Below, in pieces: positions 27,158-36,771 of a DNA stretch of 64,000 nucleotides; position 1 is the stretch's first letter, and each line of letters opens with the position of its first letter. Below the pieces are notes generated by a model, which searched no databases, was not told the origin of the DNA, and worked only from the letters and a program-made list of their open reading frames with translations. This DNA is from an uncultured Chitinophagaceae bacterium. Lineage in GTDB: Bacteria > Planctomycetota > Planctomycetia > Pirellulales > UBA1268. The stretch is taken from contig CAZRKH010000082.1 in the NCBI GenBank assembly GCA_964600785.1, positions 8,858 to 72,857 on the forward strand, given 5' to 3'. The translations under genes were made by a program, and so were the position numbers.

Positions 27158-27691
27158 TCAGCCTTCCGACTTCTCGAGTTCTTCGACCCGCGAGGCGATC
27201 TGCCCCGCCAGCCCTCCGCCGGCGGAGAGCAACTGTCCGGAAAGCAAGCCGCCGAGCGAACTGATCTGCCCGGAGAGAATCGAGAGTTGTTCGGTACGGT
27301 TCGGCCACTTCGCGACCTTTCGCACGTCGTCCGGACCGAGGCGATCACCGTCGAGGGCTCCACCGCGAAACTCCAGCCCTTCGTACTCCGCAAGGCCCGC
27401 GATACGGTCGAGTTCCTTGGCCAGGTCGACGACGTCTTCGCCGCCCCAGGCCATCGCCAGCATCCCTTCCATCTCGGCACAGGCCGGTGCCAGTGGCGTG
27501 TCGGCGGTGGCGAGGCGGGCCAAGCTGTTCTTGACAAGTTGCAGTTTGATGTCCTTCTCGCGGAGTTTCCGTCGCAGTTCGGTCGTCCGCTCTGCGTTGA
27601 GCGGGCCGAGATGCAGCAGGATCACGTCGCCCACGCCCGTGAGCCGCTCGCGGAGATCCTCGATCAGCATTTTTTTGACCCGCTTGCTCAT
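27158..27691 (-). CDS. rplJ: 50S ribosomal protein L10
   Basis: ELRRKLRE..VKNSLARLA; lies between rplA and rplL. Confidence 0.95.
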   Translation of the reverse strand: MSKRVKKMLIEDLRERLTGVGDVILLHLGPLNAERTTELRRKLREKDIKLQLVKNSLARLATADTPLAPACAEMEGMLAMAWGGEDVVDLAKELDRIAGLAEYEGLEFRGGALDGDRLGPDDVRKVAKWPNRTEQLSILSGQISSLGGLLSGQLLSAGGGLAGQIASRVEELEKSEG

Positions 27692-27935
27692 GACTGACGC
27701 TCGCTTCGGACACGCGGAACGTGCTTCCGCATTCTTGACTCTTGTTGATTCACCTGTTCGCTATTTGCAGGGCCGCTCGTCGGCAGCGACCGCAGCCCGT
27801 CGGCGATGGCTGCGGGTGGCAGGCCCACTCCCGCAGATGCCTCAGCCGTCACCGCGACCGCCCGCATACGCGAGCCCCTCATTCTGCCCAAAATTTGCCG
27901 TTCGGGAAGGGGGGGCTCGGGAAAATGCGTGCCGC

Positions 27936-28616
27936 TCAGGCGGCGACCGCCACCCCCGGGCTCATCGTGGCCGCAATCGAGATGCTCTTGATGTACTGCC
28001 CCTTCACGCTCGCCGGCTGCAGCGAGTTGATGTGGTCCACGAAAGCCCGGATGTTTTCCGCGAGTTTCGCCGGTTCGAAGCTGAATTTGCCCACCACCGC
28101 GTGCACGATGCCGGTGGGGTCGTTGCGAAACTCCACCTTGCCCGCCCGGTATTCGCCGACCGTCTTTGAGATCTCGGCGGTGACCGTTCCGGCCCGCGGG
28201 CTCGGCATCAAGCCACGGGGGCCGAGTACCTTCCCGAGAGGGCCCACCAAGCCCATCATGTCGGGTGCCGCAATGCACACGTCAAAATCGGTCCAGCCCT
28301 CCTTGATCCGCTTGGCAAGTTCCTCTCCGCCGACCTCCTCGGCTCCGGCGGCCTTCGCCTCATCGGCGAGGTTGCCCTTGGCAAAGACCACGACCCGCTT
28401 CGCCTTGCCGATGCCGTGGGGCAAAACGAGGGATCCCCGCACGATCTGGTCGGCCTGCTTCGGATCGATCCCCAGGCGAACATGGATCTCGACCGTCTGG
28501 TCGAACTTGGTCGCCGGGAAATTCTTGAGCACCCCCACCGCCTCTTCCAATGGGAGGGGTGCCTCGGATGTGGGAAGCTTTTCCCTGGCGGCTTTCATAC
28601 GCTTGGTCTGTTTCAC
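27936..28616 (-). CDS. rplA: 50S ribosomal protein L1
   Basis: [29 protein letters not shown]. Confidence 0.98.
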   Translation of the reverse strand: MKQTKRMKAAREKLPTSEAPLPLEEAVGVLKNFPATKFDQTVEIHVRLGIDPKQADQIVRGSLVLPHGIGKAKRVVVFAKGNLADEAKAAGAEEVGGEELAKRIKEGWTDFDVCIAAPDMMGLVGPLGKVLGPRGLMPSPRAGTVTAEISKTVGEYRAGKVEFRNDPTGIVHAVVGKFSFEPAKLAENIRAFVDHINSLQPASVKGQYIKSISIAATMSPGVAVAA

Positions 28617-28647
28617 GGTATTCCCTGACTCCTGACGGCGGTGGCGA

Positions 28648-29073
28648 TCAGCCCTCCACCTCGATGCCCATGCTGCGGCAGGTGCCGGCGATCATGCGGC
28701 GGGCGTGTTCGGTATCCCTTGCGTTGAGGTCGGCGGCCTTGAGTTTCACGATTTCATCAAGTTGGGCCTCGGAGACCTTGCCCACCTTGTCGCGGTTGGG
28801 AACGCCAGATCCCTTCGCCAACCCGGCCGCCTTCTTCAGTAAGGCCGCCGCGGGCGGGCTCTTGGTGACGAAGTCGAACGAGCGATCGTTGTAGACGGTC
28901 ACCACCACCGGAATCGGCATCCCGCCAGCCTCTTTCGTGCGGTCATTGAACTGCTGCACGAACTGCCCGAGGTTGATTCCAAATCGGCCGAGCGATGTGC
29001 CCACCGGCGGGGCCGGCGTGGCCTGCCCGCCCGGCACCTGGAACTTCGCCTGACCGACCATCTGTTTTGCCAT
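28648..29073 (-). CDS. rplK: 50S ribosomal protein L11
   Basis: [34 protein letters not shown]. Confidence 0.98.
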   Translation of the reverse strand: MAKQMVGQAKFQVPGGQATPAPPVGTSLGRFGINLGQFVQQFNDRTKEAGGMPIPVVVTVYNDRSFDFVTKSPPAAALLKKAAGLAKGSGVPNRDKVGKVSEAQLDEIVKLKAADLNARDTEHARRMIAGTCRSMGIEVEG

Positions 29074-29213
29074 CGTCGCGATCCTCTCGTCGTTGCGGGC
29101 TCCGGCCAAAACCGCCCGCAGAATCCTCGTGATTACCCTGCCAGAAGCCGGCTTTCAAGCCCCCGCGGCCACGAGGCCGCAGGAGCGGTCCCCGCCGGGT
29201 CGGCCCCGCGGCA

Positions 29214-30086
29214 TCAGACGGTCTCGATCTGCCAATACTCGATATCAACCGGCGTGGAGCGGCCGAAGATGCTCAAGATTACCGTCACTCGACCGTTGGC
29301 TTCGTCGATTTGCTCGACCTCGCCCTCGAAATTCTCGAAGGTGCCCTCGTTGATCTTCACGCGGTCACCCTTCTTGAAGTTGATTTTCAGCCGTGGCGCC
29401 TCGTCCGCCTTTTCCTCGGACTTATTGAGGAGTTTGGCGACGTCCGCCTCGAGCATCGGACTCGGCCGGCCTGCCGAGCCGGTGAAGTCACCGATTCCGG
29501 AGGTCTCGCGGACGAGATACCACGTCTCGTCATTGAGAACCATGTTCACGAGGATGTAGCCCGGATAAAGCTTGCGGGAAACAACCCGCTTCTTGCCCCC
29601 CTTGAACTCCGTGACCTGCTCCTTGGGCACGATCACCTCGCCGAAAAAGTGATCAAGACCCTGCAATTTGACCCGCCGCAGCAGGCCGTCGCGGATCGAA
29701 TCCTCACGGTTGCTCTGGACCTTGAGGATGTACCACTGCATCTCTCCGGCGGACACGCCGGCCGTGTCGGCCGTTTCCGCCTCGTCATCGGCGTCGATGG
29801 CGACCGGCTCGGCATCTTCGCTGCCGCTGAAGGGATCCTCGGCCTCGACCGGCCCGTCGTCGTCATCGTCTTCATCAAGTTCATCAAGTGCATCAGCGAC
29901 GGCAGCCTCGTCGGCCGGCCGGGCCTCGGCCTCAACGGACTCATCGGCTGCCTGCTCCGCCGGTGCGGCCGCAGGTGTTTCCGCGGGCGGTGGCTGGCCC
30001 TCGCCGATCGTCTCCAACGCCTCGGCGGCGGTTTGGTCGTCGCCGGGCCGCTCCTCGGGTTCTTCGCGTGGCTGGTCAGTCATCAC
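29214..30086 (-). CDS. nusG: Transcription termination/antitermination factor NusG with an acidic N-terminal extension
   Basis: WYILKVQSNRE, KLYPGYILV, KOW motif and IFGRSTPV. Confidence 0.97.
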   Translation of the reverse strand: MMTDQPREEPEERPGDDQTAAEALETIGEGQPPPAETPAAAPAEQAADESVEAEARPADEAAVADALDELDEDDDDDGPVEAEDPFSGSEDAEPVAIDADDEAETADTAGVSAGEMQWYILKVQSNREDSIRDGLLRRVKLQGLDHFFGEVIVPKEQVTEFKGGKKRVVSRKLYPGYILVNMVLNDETWYLVRETSGIGDFTGSAGRPSPMLEADVAKLLNKSEEKADEAPRLKINFKKGDRVKINEGTFENFEGEVEQIDEANGRVTVILSIFGRSTPVDIEYWQIETV

Positions 30087-30195
30087 GTGCCTTCTCGTCT
30101 CCTGCGTGCCGATTTGTGCCTGCCGATTCGTCCAATGTGGTGGGTTTCATTCGCGGTGATGGTCGGTGGTTCGGCCGCTGCCGCCGCGAGCCGGC

Positions 30196-30669
30196 TCAGG
30201 AGCCGATGCCCTGCACGCCGCGGAGGACAAACCACCAGAACAGATCGTACAACCCCAGAATCGCCGCGAGGGCGAACATCATGAAAATCACCACCGCCGA
30301 GGAGCGAACCACCTCCGAGCGGGAGGGCCATGAAACCTTCGCCATCTCCGCCTCCACGGCGATCAGAAAATCGGCGAAGCTGGGCAGGTTGACCGCCCGA
30401 AAGCTCAACCACAGCCCGCTCGCCAGAAGCAGCCCAGGCACCAGGAACCGGACCACTCCGAAGTCGGTGGACACGTCGCTGCCGGAATCGCTGCCAAACC
30501 ACAACGGCAGGAGTTCGGCCAGCCGCCACACGCCAATGGCAACGGTCACTGCCAGGGCTGCAAAAGTGGCCTGCCTGGCGAACCTTCCCTGGTGACGCTT
30601 GTAGACTGAAAAACTGAGGAGATTCGTCCAGAAACTCCCACCAGCTGCGGTGTTGTCTGTGCCTGCCAC
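30196..30669 (-). CDS. secE: Preprotein translocase subunit SecE (3-TM type)
   Basis: EMAKVSWPSRSE motif; lies between tRNA-Trp and nusG. Confidence 0.93.
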   Translation of the reverse strand: MAGTDNTAAGGSFWTNLLSFSVYKRHQGRFARQATFAALAVTVAIGVWRLAELLPLWFGSDSGSDVSTDFGVVRFLVPGLLLASGLWLSFRAVNLPSFADFLIAVEAEMAKVSWPSRSEVVRSSAVVIFMMFALAAILGLYDLFWWFVLRGVQGIGS

Positions 30670-30859
30670 GGCTATTACGCCGCCGTCATCCGTTTCCGGA
30701 TCGGCGCTCCGTCTGCGAAAGGTCAGGAAAAAGCTGCACGCGATTTTCCGGCGTTGTCGTCGGGATCCATGGCCGGGGGTTCACGATGGAAATCAGAATC
30801 CTCAACGCGGCTCGAAACCACCCGGCACGGCCGAGCACGACCGTGCCGGATGGCCCGAA

Positions 30860-30935
30860 TGGCAGGGGCGGCGGGAATCGAACTCGCAACCTCTGGTTTT
30901 GGAGACCAGCGCTCTGCCAATTGAGCTACGCCCCT
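30860..30935 (-). tRNA. tRNA-Trp (CCA)
   Basis: AGGGGCGTAGCTCAATTGG...CTCCAAA...GTTCGATTCCCGCCGCCCCTGCCA; CCA end encoded. Confidence 0.97.
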
Positions 30936-30955
30936 AGTGATTCCACTCTCCGATT

Positions 30956-32155
30956 CTACTCGATGATCTTGGTGACCACGCCGGAGCCGACCGTGCGGCC
31001 GCCCTCACGAATCGCAAAACGGACGCCGTCGTCCATGGCGATGGGCACCATCAACTCCACCTCCATCTTCACGTTGTCACCAGGCGAGACCATTTCCACG
31101 CCGCCGAGCAGCTTCGTCGTTCCGGTCACGTCGGTGGTCCGGAAGTAGAACTGCGGCCGGTAGCCGGCGAAGAAGGGCGTGTGGCGGCCCCCCTCCTCCT
31201 TGGCGAGCACGTAGACCTCGCACTCAAACTTCTTGTGGGGCTTGATCGAGCCCGGCTTGGCGAGAACCTGCCCGCGTTCGATCTCGTCGCGGGCCACACC
31301 GCGGAGCAGACAGCCCACGTTGTCGCCGGCCTGACCCGACTCGAGGATCTTCTTGAACATCTCGACGCCGGTGACGGTCGTCTTCTCGATCTTGTCGGAC
31401 AGGCCGATGATCTCGACCTCGTCACCGACCTTCACCACACCCCGCTCGATACGCCCGGTGGCCACGGTGCCGCGGCCCTCGATCGAGAAAACGTCTTCGA
31501 TCGCCATCAGGAAGGGCTTGTCGATCTCGCGGGCCGGCTCGGGGATGTAGCTGTCGATCGCGTCGAGCAGCTCGCCGATGCACTTGCTCGCCTCCGGATC
31601 GGCAGGGCTGTCGTAGGCCGGCTTGCCCGCCCCCCGAATGATCGGAATGTCGTCGCCCGGGAAGCCATACTTGGTGAGCAGTTCGCGGATTTCCATCTCG
31701 ACGAGGTCGAGCAGCTCTTCGTCGTCGACAAGGTCGACCTTGTTGAGGAAGACGACCAGAGCCGGAACGCCCACCTGCCGGGCGAGCAGGATGTGCTCCC
31801 GCGTCTGCGGCATCGGGCCGTCGGTGGCGCTGACCACCAGGATCGCCCCGTCCATCTGGGCGGCGCCGGTGATCATGTTCTTGATGAAGTCGGCGTGGCC
31901 GGGGCAGTCGATGTGGGCGTAGTGCCGCTTGTCGGTCTCGTATTCCACGTGACTGACCGCGATCGTCACCGTCTTCGTGTCGTCGCGGACCGTGCCACCC
32001 TTGGCGATGTCGGCGTAGCTCTTGGCCACGGCGAGGTCCTTGGCGGCCTGCACGGCCACCAGGGCGCCTGTGAGCGTGGTCTTCCCGTGGTCGATGTGGC
32101 CGATCGTGCCGACATTGACGTGGGGCTTGGTCCTCTCAAACGTATCCTTTGCCAT
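30956..32155 (-). CDS. tuf: Elongation factor Tu
   Basis: [39 protein letters not shown]. Confidence 0.99.
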   Translation of the reverse strand: MAKDTFERTKPHVNVGTIGHIDHGKTTLTGALVAVQAAKDLAVAKSYADIAKGGTVRDDTKTVTIAVSHVEYETDKRHYAHIDCPGHADFIKNMITGAAQMDGAILVVSATDGPMPQTREHILLARQVGVPALVVFLNKVDLVDDEELLDLVEMEIRELLTKYGFPGDDIPIIRGAGKPAYDSPADPEASKCIGELLDAIDSYIPEPAREIDKPFLMAIEDVFSIEGRGTVATGRIERGVVKVGDEVEIIGLSDKIEKTTVTGVEMFKKILESGQAGDNVGCLLRGVARDEIERGQVLAKPGSIKPHKKFECEVYVLAKEEGGRHTPFFAGYRPQFYFRTTDVTGTTKLLGGVEMVSPGDNVKMEVELMVPIAMDDGVRFAIREGGRTVGSGVVTKIIE

Positions 32156-32323
32156 GCTTTTTCCTCGGTTCTCTTCGCAGGGATTGCAGGACTTCGCCTG
32201 CTTCGGGTTTCGATCAACGGTCGTGACAGTCCGCCGGCGGAAACGCTCCGCCGGCTGTTCGGTTGGTTGTCTGGTCGGCCGCCTGGCGGCGGGTGCGGTT
32301 GGTTGTCGTGCCGGCCGCCGGAG

Positions 32324-32396
<73 letters not shown>

Positions 32397-32542
32397 AGCC
32401 GGGCGCACGGGACGGCCTCGGGTGTGGTTTGTGTGGTGTGTAGTGTCGTCGATTGTCTCGTCGTGTGTCTGCGTCGGTTGCGGAATTGCTCGTGTGTGCG
32501 GCTGGCGGTGAGGGGGGTGAGGAGGCAAGAGCGGCAGTCGAC

Positions 32543-32613
32543 AGCGGGTGAAGGGAATCGAACCCTCGTCTTTAGCTTGGAAGGCTATTGCTCTACCATT
32601 GAGCTACACCCGC
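32543..32613 (-). tRNA. tRNA-Gly (TCC)
   Basis: GCGGGTGTAGCTCAATGGTAGAGC...CTTCCAA...GTTCGATTCCCTTCACCCGCT. Confidence 0.97.
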
Positions 32614-32680
32614 GGTGGGTCGCCAACTCCGGCTCTCACAGCCCCGCCGCCTGCGGCCGGTGCTTCGCGGGGGCCGAGAG

Positions 32681-32763
32681 TGGGGAGTGCAGGATTCGAA
32701 CCTGCGAAGGCAGAAGCCATCAGATTTACAGTCTGACCCCTTTGACCGCTCGGGAAACTCCCC
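32681..32763 (-). tRNA. tRNA-Tyr (GTA)
   Basis: GGGGAGTTTCCCGAGCGGTCAAAGGG...CTGTAAA...long variable arm...GTTCGAATCCTGCACTCCCCA. Confidence 0.97.
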
Positions 32764-32961
32764 TGTTCGGATGTAGTGCCCTGCCGGACGCCCGGCATGA
32801 CGGGTATTCAGTTTGCTCACTCCGGAGCCGGGCCGGCTCCATCAAGATCGAATCCGCCGTCCTCCCGGAAATGACCACGACACGAGCCCGTTGGTTTGTA
32901 CGAAAATCCGGACGCTGTCGCGCCACCGCCGGCAGTGGGCAGCGGGAAGGCCTGACGAGTG

Positions 32962-33034
32962 AGCTAGCGGCGGGATTTGAACCCGCAACCTGCTGATTAC
33001 AAATCAGCTGCTCTGCCAGTTGAGCTACGCTAGC
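32962..33034 (-). tRNA. tRNA-Thr (TGT)
   Basis: GCTAGCGTAGCTCAACTGGCAGAGC...TTTGTAA...GTTCAAATCCCGCCGCTAGCT. Confidence 0.97.
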
Positions 33035-33136
33035 GACCGGTTTGGCCCGCGAACCGGTCAAGTGTACGGATTCGCCTTCCCTATGCAACCGGGGAGACCG
33101 ACGCGGCCTCCGGGCCGGCTCCGCGGCCGCGGAGTC

Positions 33137-34354
33137 TCAGCGGAAGCTGACCTCCACCATCGAGAAGTCGTCGCTGAAGTCATCGCGTGCCGAGAGTTCG
33201 CGAATGTGGCCAAGGAGCCGGTCCATTCGGTTTTCCTGCGAGTTTTCCTGGGGTTTTTCCCGGTTCTCGAGCGGCCCGGCGAGGGTCGCCACAAACTCGT
33301 CGAAGGTCCACATTGAGCCGTCGGGGCGGCTCACCTCGAAGGCCCCGTCGCTATAGATAAAGAGCTTTGCCCCGGGGGGCACCACCACCTCCGCCGCCTC
33401 GAACTCGAGCCCCTCGACCGCCCCGATCAGGGGGCCGTCCGAGGTCAGCAGCTCAGGCTCGGCCCCATCGCCGGCGAGGAACACCGCCGGAGGATGGCCG
33501 CCTCCGGACCAGCGGAGCGTTCGGCTGGGGGCATCGTAAACCCCATACCAGATCGTGAAGAACATGTCGTTTTGCCGCTCCATCGGGAAGGCCCGATTGA
33601 GTGCTTCGAGCACCCCGCCGGGGTCGTGGAAGTCGGTCTGGGGCAGGGCCTCGCTCCGCAGGGCATTGAAAGCCGACACGCTCAACAGCGCCGCCCGCAC
33701 GCCGTGGCCGCAGACATCGAGCAGATAGAAGGCGGTGCGGTGCTCGTCGAGGGCGTGGTAGCCGAAGATGTCGCCGCCGAGTTCCGCCGATGGGATGAAT
33801 CGCCAGTCGGCGGTTGCCCCGCCGAGCGTCTGCGGCGGTGGCAGCAGCGATTGCACGTAGTTCGCCGCCGAAGCGAGGTCATCGGCGAGCGTCCGCTGGC
33901 TGGCCTGGAGGGCCTCGAAGGCCGCGTTTCGCTCGACGAGGGCCACATACCCACGGGAGTGGTAGCGGATGCGGGCGATCAGTTCCAGCGGGTCGGGCAG
34001 CTTCACGATGTAGTCGTTGGCCCCCAGGGCAAAGGCCTCGGCCTTGACCGTCGGCTCTTCCCGGGCCGAGAGCACGATGATCGGCACGTCCTGCAGCCGC
34101 TCGTTGGCCCGAAACTCGCGAACCAGATCAAGTCCATCGACGTCCGGCATCACAAGGTCTTGCAGGATCACCGTCGGCCCCAACGCCTCGGCGGCCTCCA
34201 GGGCGGCCTTGGCGTCGTCGCAGAAGTGGAATTCGATCCCCTCCTCCGCGGCCACCATGCGGCGGACCGCCTCACCGATGATCCGCTGGTCATCGACGAG
34301 CAGCACGCGGGCTCGGTCGAGCGATGTTGGTGAGGCGGAGGAGGTGGATGGCAT
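33137..34354 (-). CDS. Response regulator receiver fused to a PP2C/SpoIIE phosphatase
   Basis: VLLVDD, LQDLVMP, DYIVK; LGGD, DVCGHG, YSDG, SDD. Confidence 0.92.
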   Translation of the reverse strand: MPSTSSASPTSLDRARVLLVDDQRIIGEAVRRMVAAEEGIEFHFCDDAKAALEAAEALGPTVILQDLVMPDVDGLDLVREFRANERLQDVPIIVLSAREEPTVKAEAFALGANDYIVKLPDPLELIARIRYHSRGYVALVERNAAFEALQASQRTLADDLASAANYVQSLLPPPQTLGGATADWRFIPSAELGGDIFGYHALDEHRTAFYLLDVCGHGVRAALLSVSAFNALRSEALPQTDFHDPGGVLEALNRAFPMERQNDMFFTIWYGVYDAPSRTLRWSGGGHPPAVFLAGDGAEPELLTSDGPLIGAVEGLEFEAAEVVVPPGAKLFIYSDGAFEVSRPDGSMWTFDEFVATLAGPLENREKPQENSQENRMDRLLGHIRELSARDDFSDDFSMVEVSFR

Positions 34355-34449
34355 CCTGGCTGCCCGGATTTCCGCGGGGGGTCTTCCGGCGAACTGCCGG
34401 AACGAACTCCCTCGACCGGAGGATTCTACTGACGGGTCGCAGGCCGCGG

Positions 34450-34902
34450 CTACCGCGGCAGGCTTCGCTTCGGGCGGCAGGCGGGCTCGGCCGCCAGCGA
34501 AAACACGATCACCTCCTCACCGGTGACGGTCGAGATGTCGTGGTGCACGCTGACAAGCGAAACGCCGGCCGCCTCACGCACGATGCACTCCAGGCGGAAG
34601 CGTCCGATGGCCACCATGTGGCTGCGAACCTGCTTGAGCAGGGCGCGGCCGTTGGTCTCGTCGCCGGCGTGACCATTGCCGTTGTGGCTCGGGTCGGCCG
34701 GTGCGTCTGCCGCGTTGGCGGGCCGTGCATGCGGGACAAGCAGCTGTCGTTCGGCGGCCGAGAGGGCGCCTTGGAGCCGCACGACCAGCAGCGTGCCGAG
34801 CAAATGGGAACGGATGTCCTGGGGGCCGCGACCGATAAATTCCTGATGGAACTTCGAGATGCCGTCGCAGACCGCCGCCTCGATCTCACCTTGGGATTTC
34901 AT
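34450..34902 (-). CDS. DUF2294 (MpsC-like) family protein
   Basis: SQGEIEAA..GRGPQDIR..LSAAERQL..GRALLKQVR..HHDISTVTGEEVIVFSL. Confidence 0.88.
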   Translation of the reverse strand: MKSQGEIEAAVCDGISKFHQEFIGRGPQDIRSHLLGTLLVVRLQGALSAAERQLLVPHARPANAADAPADPSHNGNGHAGDETNGRALLKQVRSHMVAIGRFRLECIVREAAGVSLVSVHHDISTVTGEEVIVFSLAAEPACRPKRSLPR

Positions 34903-34970
34903 GCACCACCTTCGGAAAGTGTTCCTGGGGCTTGCGGGGGAGAGCTTGGGAAGGGAAGCAGATTCGGCAG

Positions 34971-35002
34971 ATGCCGCCGGGGCCCGATGGCCCCGGCGGC
35001 AT
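34971..35002. other. Perfect 14-bp-stem hairpin between csrA and DUF2294
   Basis: ATGCCGCCGGGGCC-CGAT-GGCCCCGGCGGCAT; no U-tract. Confidence 0.8.
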
Positions 35003-35030
35003 GCAAGCAGTCGTCCACATCTGCCTCGAC

Positions 35031-35264
35031 TCAGCGTCGCAGTACGCCGCCGGTCGCAGCCTTCCGCGGCTCGGGAGCCGGCTGGCCGTTGCGGATGCGA
35101 TCCCACACCTCGCGGCGATGGATCGGCATCTTGTTGTCCGCCTCGAAGCCGAGCCGCACGCGGCCGCCTTCGATTTCCAGGATCGTGATCTCGAGCACGA
35201 CCTCGAGGTCTTCGGCGCGGCCGATGACCACGCTCTCTCGGTTCTTCCGGGTCAGCACCAGCAT
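35031..35264 (-). CDS. csrA: Carbon storage regulator CsrA/RsmA
   Basis: MLVLTRK..ESVVIG...VRLGFEA...IHRREV. Confidence 0.93.
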   Translation of the reverse strand: MLVLTRKNRESVVIGRAEDLEVVLEITILEIEGGRVRLGFEADNKMPIHRREVWDRIRNGQPAPEPRKAATGGVLRR

Positions 35265-35310
35265 TGGGTACCTCGGTTCCTATGGGTCATCGAGTCCTTC
35301 GGGAAAGAGT

Positions 35311-35817
35311 TCAGCTGCTTGCGGCACCGGTGCCGCCCGCTCCTTGGACACGCACGCCCTCGGCATGCATGTGTGCATCGACCGGCACACCGAGCAGCGG
35401 CAGGCCCCTGCCGAGCAGGAACAGCTCCACCGTCGGTGCGGTCGTGAATGTTTTGAGCACGCTGTGGGTCGTGCCATCGACATGGGCGATGCCGCCGCGG
35501 AGTTCCACGCCCGCTGAATCGCGGAGATGGCTGCGAAAGGCATCGAAGGAATTCTCGAAGAGATAGCGGTGAAAATCCTCGATCTTGCCGAGGCCGCCAT
35601 CGGTATCGGCGAGGTCTGCTTCGAGTGGTGAAAATCGCTCGTGCAGGGTGACCACCAGGGAGGACCCGCTGGCCACGACCGTCACGCTCACCGGCGACCG
35701 TCCGGTGAGCAGGTGTTCGAATGTTCCCGCGGCCTGCGCGACACATCGGGCAATCCGTTGATTCATCGGGTTGCGGTCGGCAGGTTTTCGGCCGGCCTTT
35801 TCGGTTCTCGGTGGCAT
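35311..35817 (-). CDS. Divergent DUF2294-like protein
   Basis: TGRSPVSVTVV..LVVTLH..SPLEADLA..IEDFHRYLF pattern; start 35817 or 35766 (the ORF-track start lies inside the terminator). Confidence 0.7.
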   Translation of the reverse strand: MPPRTEKAGRKPADRNPMNQRIARCVAQAAGTFEHLLTGRSPVSVTVVASGSSLVVTLHERFSPLEADLADTDGGLGKIEDFHRYLFENSFDAFRSHLRDSAGVELRGGIAHVDGTTHSVLKTFTTAPTVELFLLGRGLPLLGVPVDAHMHAEGVRVQGAGGTGAASS

Positions 35818-35883
35818 CGTGGCTCCAAACGGTTCGGGGGCTGGGGTGAATCGCAACGTCTTCGTCGATCGCGGGAATCGAAC

Positions 35884-36002
35884 AACAAAAAAAGCCGACG
35901 GGAGTGGTTGCCCGGAGGCACACACTCACGCCGGCTTACGCTGCGATGGACCCTCCGGCCGGCTGGCCGAACTGCCCCTCGACTCGTCTTCCGTCAGGAG
36001 TT
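35884..36002 (-). promoter_or_regulatory. Candidate attenuator/riboswitch leader RNA, copy A
   Basis: CTCC..CGGAAGACG...CGTAAGCCGGCGTGAG...CGTCGGCTTTTTTTGTTG; same blocks as 49914-50037. Confidence 0.75.
35887..35937 (-). terminator. Intrinsic terminator in the leader of the DUF2294-csrA operon
   Basis: AAGCCGGCG/CGTCGGCTT, GAGTG/CACTC and TGCC/GGCA stems followed by U7. Confidence 0.85.
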
Positions 36003-36336
36003 CGTTCCGTGTCGCTTTGAGTCAGCCGACCGCAGCAAGGCGGTTGTCATCAGCAACGCGACGGCGGCGATAATAACCCGGAAAGATGGGCAACGCAAGC
36101 AGGCGGGGGAGCCTGCGTGGATTGTGCGGTTTGCTGCTGAAGGCCGTGGTTGCGGATGCGGGCCGGACAGTTGTGCAAAGTCGGCGTGACCTGCGCAGGC
36201 GGAACTCCGAGCCGTTCGGTCAAGGCGACCGGCTCGCCAACCCGAAGCAAATCGCCAGAGGCAACACCCCCCACATAGAGGGGTTTCTACAACGAGGCGT
36301 GTCGTGCCGGCCGTTCTCAACAGCAGGAGCCCACCC

Positions 36337-36771
36337 ATGCCACGCAGCCAGGAGCCGACGCCTCCCGCGGAGAATGGCCGCCACCGCAGCCAGGGCGAGA
36401 TCGAGGCCGCAATCTGCGACGTCGTCTCCCGCTTCCAGCAGGAATACATGGGCCGCGGACCAAGGGATGTCCGCACCCATCTCGTCGACAACAGGCTCTT
36501 TGTCCACATGCAGGGGGTGCTCACCGCCGCCGAGCAGCGACTGATGGACTCGCATGCCAACGGCAACGGCCGGGGGGCGGAAATCCTCAAGGCTTTTCGC
36601 AGCCATCTTGTCGCCGCGGGCCGTCCTTTGCTCGAGAAACTCGTCGAGAGCGTGACGGGTTCCCAGCCGATCAACGTGCACCATGACATCAGCGCCGTGA
36701 CGGGCGAGGAGGTGATCGTGTTCACGCTCTCATCGCCGCCGGCCTGCAGAGACCGGCGGCGTCGGGGCTGA
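36337..36771 (+). CDS. DUF2294 (MpsC-like) family protein
   Basis: SQGEIEAAICD..YMGRGPRDVR..LTAAEQRL..HHDISAVTGEEVIVFTL; AGGAG RBS; paralog of 34450-34902. Confidence 0.88.
   Translation: MPRSQEPTPPAENGRHRSQGEIEAAICDVVSRFQQEYMGRGPRDVRTHLVDNRLFVHMQGVLTAAEQRLMDSHANGNGRGAEILKAFRSHLVAAGRPLLEKLVESVTGSQPINVHHDISAVTGEEVIVFTLSSPPACRDRRRRG

Noticed and set aside
34366-34380. Single copy of the rpoB-rpoC repeat unit (GGATTTCCGCGGGG) upstream of the receiver-PP2C gene
   Set aside because: One short GC-rich match in the opposite orientation relative to its transcript; plausible by chance
36200-36300. Third copy of the leader RNA before the plus-strand DUF2294 (GAACTCCGAGCCGTTCGG..AAGGCG)
   Set aside because: Only the 5' CTCC hairpin resembles the motif; no CGTARGCCG block and no terminator
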